Positions 30,203 through 39,153 of a stretch of DNA of 64,000 nt are shown here, one piece after another; the first letter of the stretch is position 1; each line of letters begins with the position of its first letter. The notes below the pieces were generated by a model. It had not been told where the DNA came from. It ran no database searches and saw nothing but the letters and a program-made list of their open reading frames with translations. Source of the DNA: Candidatus Binatia bacterium (lineage in GTDB: Bacteria > Desulfobacterota > Binatia > Bin18); contig OY761159.2 in assembly GCA_963664395.2 (NCBI GenBank), positions 1,248,001-1,312,000 on the forward strand, given 5' to 3'. A program made the translations under genes and the position numbers.

Positions 30203-32816
30203 CCTATCCTGAGGGGGCTTTTCCTAGCGCCGCCCGCTGACCATATTGCGGACGGAGTAGAATTGCTTCGCCCGCCCCGGGGAGAAATGTCTCGTCATGA
30301 CATAACAGTGCATATACGTAGCGTGCGGCTTTTTGGCGTTAATATCGGTCTCTCCCAGATGGTAGAATATCCGCTCCCCGACATTATTCGAGAAATCCAG
30401 CTTCATATACGGCGCTTGGGCGGAGGTCTCGTGGGCATAGCCTTCGGAATACTTGAGAAAATGCTGGTTCATGCGCAAGAGGTGATCGTCCTGCCGGTCA
30501 AAGCCGAACATCCACAGCGTCCAGAACGTCTCGGTGTCGACAAAGATGATCTTATGACTATACGGGTGGTTTGCGGCTTTAGGATCAATCAAGAGCACAT
30601 GCGCCTCGCGTACCTCCCAGCGCGCGTTCTTCGGTACCCACAGGTGCGGACCGCCGGCTTCCGGATTAGTCTCGACATTGATCGTGGCGATCACTCGCCT
30701 CTTTCCTAGATAGGTCCAGTTGTGCTCATACACCTTGCCGCCGAAGCCTATGAAGTCTTCCATGGTGAAATCCATGCCCATGACCTCGCTCGTGCGCTCG
30801 GAGGCCAGCGTTCGCCGCGGCTTGCGCTGCGCCGGCACATACATCCAACCGTCGTCCTCTTTGTAGTGATCCACATAGGTTTTGGTCAGCATTTTCGCCC
30901 CGGCCATGTCACGTGGCGAGCGGAATTCCATCAGTTGCTTGGTTTTCACTTCTTCATAGCCCGGCACCAAGCAGTGGTCCCCCTGGGCATAACGGGAAGC
31001 GACCGCGGTAAACTCAAACTGTCGGTCCAACTGTCCGTTCGGACTCCGCGACCAGGCCACCATAGGCATGACATAGTCCTCGCCCCCAGGTCGCCACAAC
31101 ATATTCCAGACAACTTTCTGCGCCGCCTGCGGGTCGTCGGCGTCGATATCCGGGAAAGGAAAGCCCCCGCCTTTAAATCCGGTCAGCACGCCCCCCTCAT
31201 CCAGTTTATACCCGGACGGGACATTCTTGCCCCAATCTACCGGGGGCGGGTAGGTTCCGGTTTCTGCAATCTCCATATCCATGCCGTCATAGAAGTAGTA
31301 TTCCCAGGCCGGCTGGGGAATGAGCGGCTCCAGTATGGCGCGATCTTTGAGGGTGAGATGCTGTCCGGGGGTCAGTTCAACCTCTGGACGGGAGTGCTCG
31401 ATCCAGTTCCGCAGCGTGTCATAGCTCTGGTCCTGGTTGGCAAGCGCGGTTGTGGGTGGCACCCAGAGGCCGCTGAGCACCAGCGCCAAGGCGAGGAAGA
31501 GGACACACGAGGCGAAGCAGGTACGAAGGCGCATGTTCATCCTATCTTCCTAGCGCCGCCCGCTGACCATATTGCGGACGGAGTAGAATTGCTTGGCCCG
31601 ACCCGGAGAGAAATGTCTCGTCATGACATAACAATGCGAGAAAGTCGCGTGCGGTTTCTTGGGGTTAATATCGGTTTCTCCCAGATGGTAGAATACCCGC
31701 TGCCCGACATTATTCGCGAAATCCAGCTTCATATACGGCGCTTGGGCGACGGTCTCGTGGGCAAAGCTTTCGGAATACTTGAGAAAGTGCTGGTTCATGC
31801 GCAAGAGGTGATCGTCCTGCCGGTCAAAGCCGAACATCCACAGCGTCCAGAACGTCTCGGTGTCGATAAAGAGGATCTTGTGGCTATACGGGTGGTTTGC
31901 GGCTTTGGGATCAACCAAAAGCACATGCGCCTCGCGCACCTCCCAGCGGGCGTTGTGCGGCACCCACAGGTGCGGACCGCCGGCTTCCGGATTGGTCTCG
32001 ACATTCATCGTGGCGATCACTCGCCTTTTTCCCAGATAGGTCCAGCCGTGCTCATATACCTTGCCGCCGAAGCCCATGGCGTCTTCCATGGTGTAATCCA
32101 TGCCCATGACCTCGCTGGTGCGCTCGGAGGCCAGCGTTCGCCGCGGCTTGCGCTGCGCCGGCACATACATCCAGCCGTCGTCCTCTTTGTAGTGATCCAC
32201 ATAGGTTTTGGTCAGCATTTTTGCCCCGGCCAAGTCACGTGGCGAGCGGAATTCCATCAGCTGCTTGGTTTTCACTTCTTCATAGCCCGGCACCAGACAG
32301 TGGTCCCCCTGGGCATAACGGGAAGTGACCGCGGTAAACTCAAACTGTCGGTCCAACTGTCCGTTCGGACTCCGCGACCAGGCCACCATAGGCATGATAT
32401 AGTCTTCGGCTCCGGGTCGCCACAACATATTCCAGATAACTTTCTGCGCCGCCTGCGGGTCGTCGGCGTCGATATCCGGGAAGGGAAAGCCCCCGCCTTT
32501 AAATCCGGTCAGCACGCCCCCCTCATCCAGTTTATACCCGGACGGGACATTCTTGCCCCAATCTACCGGGGGCGGGTAGGTACCGGTTTCTGCAATCTCC
32601 ATATCCATGCCGTCAAAGAAGTAGTATTCCCACGCCGGCTGAGGAATGAGCCTCTCAAGGATGGCGCGGTCTTTGAGGGTGAGATGCTGGCCGGGGGTCA
32701 GCTCGGTCTCCGGACCGGCGTGCTCAATCCAATTCCGCAGCGTGTCATAGCTCTGGTCCTGGTTGGCAAGCGCCGTCATGGGCGACATCCAGAGGCCGCT
32801 GAGCATCAGCGCCAAG
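30147..32816. repeat. Tandem direct duplication, about 1.33-kb unit
   Basis: GCCAAG at 30147, 31485 and 32811 delimits two units of 1338 and 1326 bp. The 12-bp difference equals the intergenic indel (21 vs 9 bp). Confidence 0.9.
30224..31540 (-). CDS. DUF1329 periplasmic protein (LolA-like fold), copy with chimeric signal peptide
   Basis: GFPFPDID.DDPQAA.K.WN, SPRD.AG, WMYVPAQRKPRR, HPYS.K.F.D.ET. Confidence 0.85.
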   Translation of the reverse strand: MNMRLRTCFASCVLFLALALVLSGLWVPPTTALANQDQSYDTLRNWIEHSRPEVELTPGQHLTLKDRAILEPLIPQPAWEYYFYDGMDMEIAETGTYPPPVDWGKNVPSGYKLDEGGVLTGFKGGGFPFPDIDADDPQAAQKVVWNMLWRPGGEDYVMPMVAWSRSPNGQLDRQFEFTAVASRYAQGDHCLVPGYEEVKTKQLMEFRSPRDMAGAKMLTKTYVDHYKEDDGWMYVPAQRKPRRTLASERTSEVMGMDFTMEDFIGFGGKVYEHNWTYLGKRRVIATINVETNPEAGGPHLWVPKNARWEVREAHVLLIDPKAANHPYSHKIIFVDTETFWTLWMFGFDRQDDHLLRMNQHFLKYSEGYAHETSAQAPYMKLDFSNNVGERIFYHLGETDINAKKPHATYMHCYVMTRHFSPGRAKQFYSVRNMVSGRR

Positions 32817-32875
32817 ACGGTCACCGGGAAATACGATAAAAAACAGACGGGCCCCTGTAGCGCTCGCTTCTCCAT
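31550..32875 (-). CDS. DUF1329 periplasmic protein, first gene of the operon
   Basis: Same motifs; near-identical to 30224-31540. Start ATG 32875 or TTG 32902. Confidence 0.85.
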   Translation of the reverse strand: MEKRALQGPVCFLSYFPVTVLALMLSGLWMSPMTALANQDQSYDTLRNWIEHAGPETELTPGQHLTLKDRAILERLIPQPAWEYYFFDGMDMEIAETGTYPPPVDWGKNVPSGYKLDEGGVLTGFKGGGFPFPDIDADDPQAAQKVIWNMLWRPGAEDYIMPMVAWSRSPNGQLDRQFEFTAVTSRYAQGDHCLVPGYEEVKTKQLMEFRSPRDLAGAKMLTKTYVDHYKEDDGWMYVPAQRKPRRTLASERTSEVMGMDYTMEDAMGFGGKVYEHGWTYLGKRRVIATMNVETNPEAGGPHLWVPHNARWEVREAHVLLVDPKAANHPYSHKILFIDTETFWTLWMFGFDRQDDHLLRMNQHFLKYSESFAHETVAQAPYMKLDFANNVGQRVFYHLGETDINPKKPHATFSHCYVMTRHFSPGRAKQFYSVRNMVSGRR

Positions 32876-32930
32876 ATATGCGCCTCTCTTGTCTGAAAGC
32901 AAAGAGAACTTTACTTTTGTGTAGATTTCT

Positions 32931-32943
32931 TTACTCGTAGTAA
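32931..32943. promoter_or_regulatory. Candidate TetR operator palindrome
   Basis: TTACT-CGT-AGTAA in the AT-rich divergent intergenic region. Confidence 0.4.
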
Positions 32944-33002
32944 GTATTGTACATATTCCTTTCAGTCAAGGGAAAGTTCTCATCTTTATCTAAGAGGTAG
33001 GG

Positions 33003-33713
33003 ATGGCAAAAAGACGACAGCTCATAGAAGAAGAACTCCTCCGCATAGCCACGGCATGCTTTACGCAGCGTGGTTATAACGAAACAACGCTTGATGACAT
33101 AGTCTCTTTGGTCGGAATTTCTCGGGTGACGTTCTACACCTACTTTGAGAGTAAGGCCGCTCTGCTGACAGCGCTCTTTACCCGTTCCCTCAAAAACTAT
33201 CGTGCAACATTGGAAGAACTCCTCGCTCGACCGCTATCACGTCCGGAGAAGATTCGACAGGTGATGGCTCATCAGATCGCCTCTCTCACTACAGACCAGC
33301 CTCTGGTTCGTCTCCTGTTTCGCGAGGAAGCAAACCTCCCTCCGGAAACGGTCCGGGTCGTTGAAAAAATGCAGCAAGAGATCGATCTTCTCCTCGAGAA
33401 TGAAATTCGGAACGGTATCGAGAGAGGCGAAGTCATCAATGAAAATCCCCGGCTGCTGATGCACGCCTTTACTGGCATGTGCAACTGGTTATACCGTTGG
33501 TATCAGCCCGGGGGTGAGATTACTCCTGAGGAAATCGTTCGGGTCTTTAGCCGTCTGCTTGAATCCGGAGGGCTGACACCTGAAACGCGTCCAGACAGTG
33601 GCGCGATTATGCGATCGCTGCAACACGTAGAAGCCCATCTCACTGACGTACAGCAAGAACTGGCAACAGTCTCCCAGCAGCTTCGTCTCAACAACGACCC
33701 CTCACGCGCATAG
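33003..33713 (+). CDS. TetR/AcrR family regulator (KstR2-like C-terminal domain)
   Basis: F..RGY.ETTLDDI....GISRVTFYTYFESK; GMCNWLYRWYQPGG. Confidence 0.92.
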   Translation: MAKRRQLIEEELLRIATACFTQRGYNETTLDDIVSLVGISRVTFYTYFESKAALLTALFTRSLKNYRATLEELLARPLSRPEKIRQVMAHQIASLTTDQPLVRLLFREEANLPPETVRVVEKMQQEIDLLLENEIRNGIERGEVINENPRLLMHAFTGMCNWLYRWYQPGGEITPEEIVRVFSRLLESGGLTPETRPDSGAIMRSLQHVEAHLTDVQQELATVSQQLRLNNDPSRA

Positions 33714-33718
33714 GCAGG

Positions 33719-34975
33719 ATGGGTATCTGGGCAAGCAGCGCCATGCAAAGAAAACGAACCGGCTTCAATGTCTTAGCTGCCGTACAGATCGGGATCGTGT
33801 TGCTCTGGCTCGTGATGACATCTTCATTTGTCCAGGCCGCTTCGCTCCACTTACAAGAAATACGCCTGGCGACTGAGGGGAGGACGCGGAGGGTCCTGTT
33901 TCATTTTTCTCATCCGCCTGACTCCATCCAATCTTTCTCCTTATCCTCGCCCTCACGCATAGTAATTGATGTGCATGGTCCTGTGCGAAAATTGCCGTCT
34001 CGTACCTATCCGGCAGAGGATGCACTACTCATGCAAGTACGCACCGGATCACATCCACAGCGCCTGCGCCTTGTCCTGGACCTGAACGGCCAAACAGCTC
34101 CGGTGCATTCGGTTGAACACCAAGCGACCAAGGTCATCCTCAAACTTGGAGAACAACCTGGAGAACAACCTGGAGAACAACTTGAAGAGCAAGACGGCGG
34201 CTCTCCACCGGTTCGTACCCAGGTACTCTTTTCACTGTCTCATACCACGCTGGCCTCCCAGCGCGGACTCAAGAGTCCGGCTCCAATCCCAGCTTCGCTC
34301 CCCCCTGCGTCTCCGCCTTCCCCTCCGATTGAGGTGAAGCCAGCCCCCTCTCCAAAGCCCATATCCCAACAAGCCCGTTATCACCTTGAACAGGGACAAA
34401 TTCTCTATGATGCCGGCAAGGTTGATAAGGCCATCGTTCAGTGGCGAGAGACCCTGCGCTTGGCTCCGCATACGGCACAGGCACATCACCTGTTAGGCAT
34501 TGCATTTCGAGACCAAAAAGATCACACCCAAGCGGCGACCGCCTTTCAGCAAGCGCTCCAACTTGAGCCGGATAATGCCACTGCGCACGTCCATCTTGCC
34601 CGAGCGTTCGAAGCGCTCGGGAAGGAGCAAGACGCATTTGAGACCTATCAAAAGGCCTTGCAATTGGTCCCCTCCGCACCGTACGTCCACAATCGGCTGG
34701 GATATCTATTAGCCGAGAGAGAGGATTGGCAGGGTGCGGCAAATGAATGGTACCAGACCATACAATTGGCCCCTCGTTATGCCTATGCCTATGCCAACTA
34801 CGGCGAAGCGCTCGAGAAAATGGGCAGGAAGAAAGACGCGTTAGCGACATACAAGAACGCCGTCCCAATCTGCGTGCGCTTTACGCAAGCGTTTGAGGAT
34901 CGGAGAAAAAAAAGCAACGCAGAGACCCTGTGCGCGGAGATACGCAAACGTGTGACGCGCTTACAAGGGACGTAG
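33719..34975 (+). CDS. Exported AMIN + Pro-rich + TPR protein (paralog 2)
   Basis: FSLSSPSRIVIDV...VRTGSHP.RLRLVLDL; TPR array. Start 33719 or 33743. Confidence 0.85.
   Translation: MGIWASSAMQRKRTGFNVLAAVQIGIVLLWLVMTSSFVQAASLHLQEIRLATEGRTRRVLFHFSHPPDSIQSFSLSSPSRIVIDVHGPVRKLPSRTYPAEDALLMQVRTGSHPQRLRLVLDLNGQTAPVHSVEHQATKVILKLGEQPGEQPGEQLEEQDGGSPPVRTQVLFSLSHTTLASQRGLKSPAPIPASLPPASPPSPPIEVKPAPSPKPISQQARYHLEQGQILYDAGKVDKAIVQWRETLRLAPHTAQAHHLLGIAFRDQKDHTQAATAFQQALQLEPDNATAHVHLARAFEALGKEQDAFETYQKALQLVPSAPYVHNRLGYLLAEREDWQGAANEWYQTIQLAPRYAYAYANYGEALEKMGRKKDALATYKNAVPICVRFTQAFEDRRKKSNAETLCAEIRKRVTRLQGT
34148..34183 (+). repeat. 12-bp in-frame tandem repeat x3 (GEQP)
   Basis: GGAGAACAACCT twice, then GGAGAACAACTT. 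Confidence 0.85.
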
Positions 34976-35002
34976 CTGCAAGCCATCGGAAAGCCATCAG
35001 CG

Positions 35003-36388
35003 ATGAAGAACAATCCAGCTTTCAGCTTACTCATAGTGACTTGGATCGGGATGGGTCTGATAGCCCCCTGGCAGAGTGTTGCCCAATCTCTTGCTCGGCC
35101 CTCGGGATTGTATGTGCAGGAGATACAGCTCGCTCAGGGCAGAAACCAACGGACCCTCAGCCTACACTTTTCCCAGCCGCCGGGCTCTGTCCACGCCTTT
35201 GCCTTACTCTCACCGGCCCGCTTGGTCATTGATGTCAGAGGAGAAGTCGAGCGCTTAGCCTCAGCCACGTATACCGTAGCCGATGCGCTGATTACACGGG
35301 TTCGGGCTGGCTCCCATCCTCACTACACCCGTTTCGTGCTTGACCTCAAAGCGAACCAGATTCCGCCTTTTTCGGTTGAACAACAGGCACATGTGGTGAC
35401 TGCTATCCTGAACAAGCCGGACAAACCGTACGCTTCCAATGACAACGCTGAACAAGCTGATGGTCCTCAACAGGGCAACACGCAGGTGCTCTTTGCCCGC
35501 GCCCCAGAGACCAACTCTCAGCGCGTTCTCCCCAGGCCAGCCCAGGCGCCCGCGTCTCCCGCTCCGACGGTCTTCGCGAAAAAAGTGATAAAAAATCTCC
35601 CTCTGCCCCCACTCCGCCGAGCAACGCCTCCTGTCCCCGCACCCCGTGTGACGCCTGACAGAGAAGTTCCGGCGCAGGCCGCCCCCTTACCGACATCTTC
35701 CCAGGGACTGAGAGCGGCTGTCCCGCTCAAGGACACTCCCCCATCAGTCCCTGAGCTGCCAGCGCCCGCCCCGGTCATCTCGTCTCAGGACACCCCGCAA
35801 CCACCGCCTGTGTCAGCCACCGCCTCGCAGCATCTCAGACAAGGCTATACCCTCTATAATCAAGGAAATTTAGATGAGGCGATTCGCCAATGGCGCGAAG
35901 CCATACACCAGGCTCCCAGCCATGCTGAGGCGCATTATCGGATAGGAGTAGCCCTGCAAGAACGCGGAGAGTTGGCCCAGGCAATTACGGCATTTCGCGA
36001 AGCCGCGCGTCTCAATCCGGATGACGCGACCACCCATATTCATCTTGCCCGGGCATGTGAGGCCGAAGGGAATACCCAAGACGCGCTGGCAGCCTATCGC
36101 AAAGCCTTGCAGTTGATCCCGACTTCAGCCCATGTGCATCATCGCGTTGGGCATTTACTCGCGGCAGAAGGTGATCTGACGGGGGCTATGCACGCGTGGC
36201 GGCAGACGATCCATCTTCAGCCCGATTACGCCTATGCCTATGTGAGCCTTGGGCAGGCCCTGGGGCAAACCGGCCACAAGGACGAGGCATTAGCCGCCTA
36301 TGAGCAGGCTCTTCGATTAGACCCCCGAGCGCCTTTTGTCGCCGAGGTACGTCAGCAGATTGCTCGGCTGCGGGCGGCTGAACTGTAA
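35003..36388 (+). CDS. Exported AMIN + Pro-rich + TPR protein (paralog 3)
   Basis: FALLSPARLVIDV...VRAGSHP..TRFVLDL; TPR array; C-terminus PFVAEVRQQIARLR matches paralog 1 SFAPEVKKRIARLR. Confidence 0.85.
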   Translation: MKNNPAFSLLIVTWIGMGLIAPWQSVAQSLARPSGLYVQEIQLAQGRNQRTLSLHFSQPPGSVHAFALLSPARLVIDVRGEVERLASATYTVADALITRVRAGSHPHYTRFVLDLKANQIPPFSVEQQAHVVTAILNKPDKPYASNDNAEQADGPQQGNTQVLFARAPETNSQRVLPRPAQAPASPAPTVFAKKVIKNLPLPPLRRATPPVPAPRVTPDREVPAQAAPLPTSSQGLRAAVPLKDTPPSVPELPAPAPVISSQDTPQPPPVSATASQHLRQGYTLYNQGNLDEAIRQWREAIHQAPSHAEAHYRIGVALQERGELAQAITAFREAARLNPDDATTHIHLARACEAEGNTQDALAAYRKALQLIPTSAHVHHRVGHLLAAEGDLTGAMHAWRQTIHLQPDYAYAYVSLGQALGQTGHKDEALAAYEQALRLDPRAPFVAEVRQQIARLRAAEL

Positions 36389-37330
36389 TCCGTGCGGTTC
36401 ATGCGCGAGAGCCACATCAGTCCGGGGACGGCGGAGGGCAGCCTGAAAATTCGGGAGAGACAGAATACGACCAACCGTACGACTGAGGGTCAGCGTGAGA
36501 GCATCGTCAGCCGTGCGATAGCGGTGTTGCGCGCTCCCTCGCGGCGGGTCGTGGACAACGTCCCAGACCTGCTCCTGCCATACTACCCGACCGGACGGTA
36601 ACTGATACAGGGAGAGCGTGAGTGACACCGCGGCGCGTGTGGGCCCGCGTACCGGCAATTCGAGCCGGCGTGACCCGACGCGGACCTGTTGGTAGCGGCG
36701 CAGGCTGAACAGAGAAAACTCGTCTATCGTGCAGCCCAGAGCATATGCCGCCCGCTGATTTTCCGCTACCAACGGCTCCGGAAAGGGAAACGGCAGCATT
36801 TCCGTTTCAATGCCAACCTCGCGAAAGTGCAAGGTCAGGGCGTATTGTACGGTCTCGGGAAGCCGGGCGAGGGTAAAGAAGGTCTTGGGGATATCCGGGA
36901 GCTGCGGCATCCCCGCGTCCATGTGGCGCAATGTTCCGAGATCGGGGACGCTGCCAGCTGGAGCGATGGTCACTTGTCCTTCTTCAAAATTCAGACCGGA
37001 GAATCCAATGAGAGCGCCCTTTTCATCAGGCAGCGGGATGTTTTTCTGTCGAGTTTCGTGGATTCGCACAGACGAGCGGCGATCAAGCGGGCGTAGGACG
37101 AGTACATACAGCGGTGGGAGCAGAGGAGGCTTCCGCCGCGTCAATCCAGGAATATATCCAACGCTTACAGAGTGGACTTTCGGGGGGCGCTGTACACGGC
37201 GCAATATTTCCGTCAGCCATACGCCGTCATCAATCACAGGGCCACATCCAACCAGACCCCCAACGAGCAGCAGGCCAAGGAGCAGCCACGAACGGGAGCG
37301 TTGAAAAGGGAGTGTATGACCTCTGCACAT
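36317..37330 (-). CDS. Putative lipoprotein of unknown function
   Basis: Lipobox LLLVGGLVGC; C-terminal LSLYQLPSGRVVWQ resembles CsgG/YajG-like lipoproteins. Overlaps paralog 3 by 72 bp. Confidence 0.6.
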   Translation of the reverse strand: MCRGHTLPFQRSRSWLLLGLLLVGGLVGCGPVIDDGVWLTEILRRVQRPPKVHSVSVGYIPGLTRRKPPLLPPLYVLVLRPLDRRSSVRIHETRQKNIPLPDEKGALIGFSGLNFEEGQVTIAPAGSVPDLGTLRHMDAGMPQLPDIPKTFFTLARLPETVQYALTLHFREVGIETEMLPFPFPEPLVAENQRAAYALGCTIDEFSLFSLRRYQQVRVGSRRLELPVRGPTRAAVSLTLSLYQLPSGRVVWQEQVWDVVHDPPRGSAQHRYRTADDALTLTLSRTVGRILSLPNFQAALRRPRTDVALAHEPHGLQFSRPQPSNLLTYLGDKRRSGV

Positions 37331-37453
37331 GTTTTGGATTTCGACCCTCCGAGGCTAACAGGAGACCCGTGGGACGCCTGCACGCACTGTACTATGCCAG
37401 TGCATCAGTCGCTAGGGGGATGCACAGGCCAAGCGATACAAAACTTACGTCCG

Positions 37454-37623
37454 CTAGCGCGTTTCACGATAAGTTGTAGCCGTGCCGTTACGCTCTCGTC
37501 ATGCCGGACGTGATCCGGCATCCAGAGGCCGGGGGGTCGGGAGCCTGGAGCCGGCTTGCGCAGGAATGACGGGCGGCTACACAGCATCGTCGGGTGGCTA
37601 CACAGCATCGTAATGTGCGTTAG
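37454..37623. mobile_element. About 170-bp palindromic MITE/REPIN-like element with CGTC-type internal hairpins
   Basis: Left end CTAGCGCGTTTCACGATAAGTTGTAGCC and degenerate right end GGCTACACAGCATCGTAATGTGCGTTAG (19/28 match). Internal CGTCATGCCGGACGTGATCCGGCATCCAG...GGAATGACG. A 21-bp tandem duplication lies at 37571-37612. Confidence 0.65.
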
Positions 37624-37684
37624 CCAGGATGATGAGAGACCCGCGGTGGAGGAGCGCCCCGCAGGACCGGGGTGGGTCGCTCCC

Positions 37685-39021
37685 CTACTCCACATCCGTA
37701 ATCACAAAGTTCTGACTATTCTGTTGCCACTCCAAGGTGACGGTCCGGCCCATGTCCGGGAAGTCCTCGACCATACACTCCCCCTCCACATCCCGCAGAA
37801 ACTCCGCGCCCAGCGTCGTCACCCGCACCGTGGCCCGGCCCAACTCCTGCGCGTCTGCATAGGCCACCACCGCATGCTCGCCCTCGCCCAGCAGATTCCA
37901 GTTGAACAACAACCCAAACCCATTGTCCGTGTCCCCACACACCCCGGCCGTATCCAGGCGCTCGGTGCCATACGCGGCCGCCTGCCGCCCGGCGGCCCCA
38001 ATCTCAAGCTCGACCGCTTCGGCCTCACACACCCAGCCCGAAATCACCCCGATGCCACTCTGGAAGGAGTTGGGTCCCGGATTCTCCAGATACCCCACGC
38101 CCGCCGTCCCGGTCCGAATCGGGCCGCGCGGAACGCTTCCCTCCGCGATCACGAAATTCTGCTTGCTCTGCTGCCACACCAAGGTCACCGTCTCGCCCAT
38201 CTCCGGGAAGTCCGCCCCCTCACACGTCCCCTCCACCTCCTGCACGAACTCCGCGCCCAGCGTGGTCACCGTCACGGTCGCCCGGTCGAGTTCCACACCG
38301 TCCACGAAGGCCACCACCTCATGATCTCCGTCCCCCAGCAGGTTCCAGTTGAAGAGTAAGCCAAAGCCGTTGTCCGTGTCCCCACACACCCCGGCCGTGT
38401 CTGCCCGCGCCGTCCCATACCCCGCAACCTGCCGCACGACCGCCCCCCCCCCTCTCTATCTCTCTGTCTCTATCTCTATCTCGACCTCCTCCCCCTCACA
38501 CACCCAGCCCGAGATGACCCCAATGCCGCTCTGAAACGAGTTCGCGCCCGGGTTCTCCAGAAAGCCCAGCAGTAACGTCACCTGGAGGCGATACGACCCG
38601 GTTTGCTGCCCATTGCCTGCCACCGCAATCACCACCGGCCCCGGCGCGACCCGTGCACTGAGCCGGAAGTTCCGCCCCGCGCCCCCACCGGCGGCCATGG
38701 CCAACGCCTCTCCGTTCTGCCACAGCCGTCGAACGCGACGCTCGCCGCGTTGGAATAATGGTCTCCGGTAAAGATTTCGATGCTGCTCAGTGTGTAGCCG
38801 CCTGAATTGAGCCCCGGCCCCGTGGTGAAACGCTGTGCCCGGTCAATAGAGGCACCGCTGGTGTTCCCTCCCCTGATGTTGCTGACCAGGGTTCTGGCCC
38901 TCTGCGCGTCGGCCTGCTGCGGGGCGGCGAGCAACAGCACGGCGAGCAACAGCAGGAACCCGGTAGCCGCGCGTCGGGAGGTGGGTGGCACATCTGCTCT
39001 CGCCTGGTGTTTGTTCTGCAT
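37685..39021 (-). pseudogene. Decayed secreted protein gene: signal peptide, choice-of-anchor-R-like N-terminus, two tandem C-terminal repeat domains
   Basis: ATG 39021 (MQNKH...LLLAAPQQADA-QRARTLVSN..AQRFTTG..GYTLSSIEI); frame change near 38735; in-frame TAG at 38458-38456; two LENPG..SFQSGIGVISGWVC...QNFVI repeats. Confidence 0.75.
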
Positions 39022-39153
39022 CGTGTGCTCTTGTTGGAGCGGTCGCCCGCAGCCCAGGGCTGCGCGGCCGCTCCGTTTCATCTGATAATCTTCGATTCCT
39101 ACTGTACGTCTGTGCATGCGGTTGATATCCTTACCGGACAGACTCGACGCCCG

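Noticed and set aside
30722-32839. 705-aa plus-strand ORF with internal repetition
   Set aside because: Antisense shadow of the duplicated DUF1329 genes; the repetition mirrors the duplication and there are no protein motifs.
37571-37612. Two 21-bp direct repeats as a possible mini-CRISPR
   Set aside because: Adjacent copies with no spacer and no cas genes; part of the MITE right end.
38456-38458. In-frame TAG as pyrrolysine or programmed readthrough
   Set aside because: No pyl genes in view, the stop lies in a slippage-prone tract, and the gene has a second lesion.
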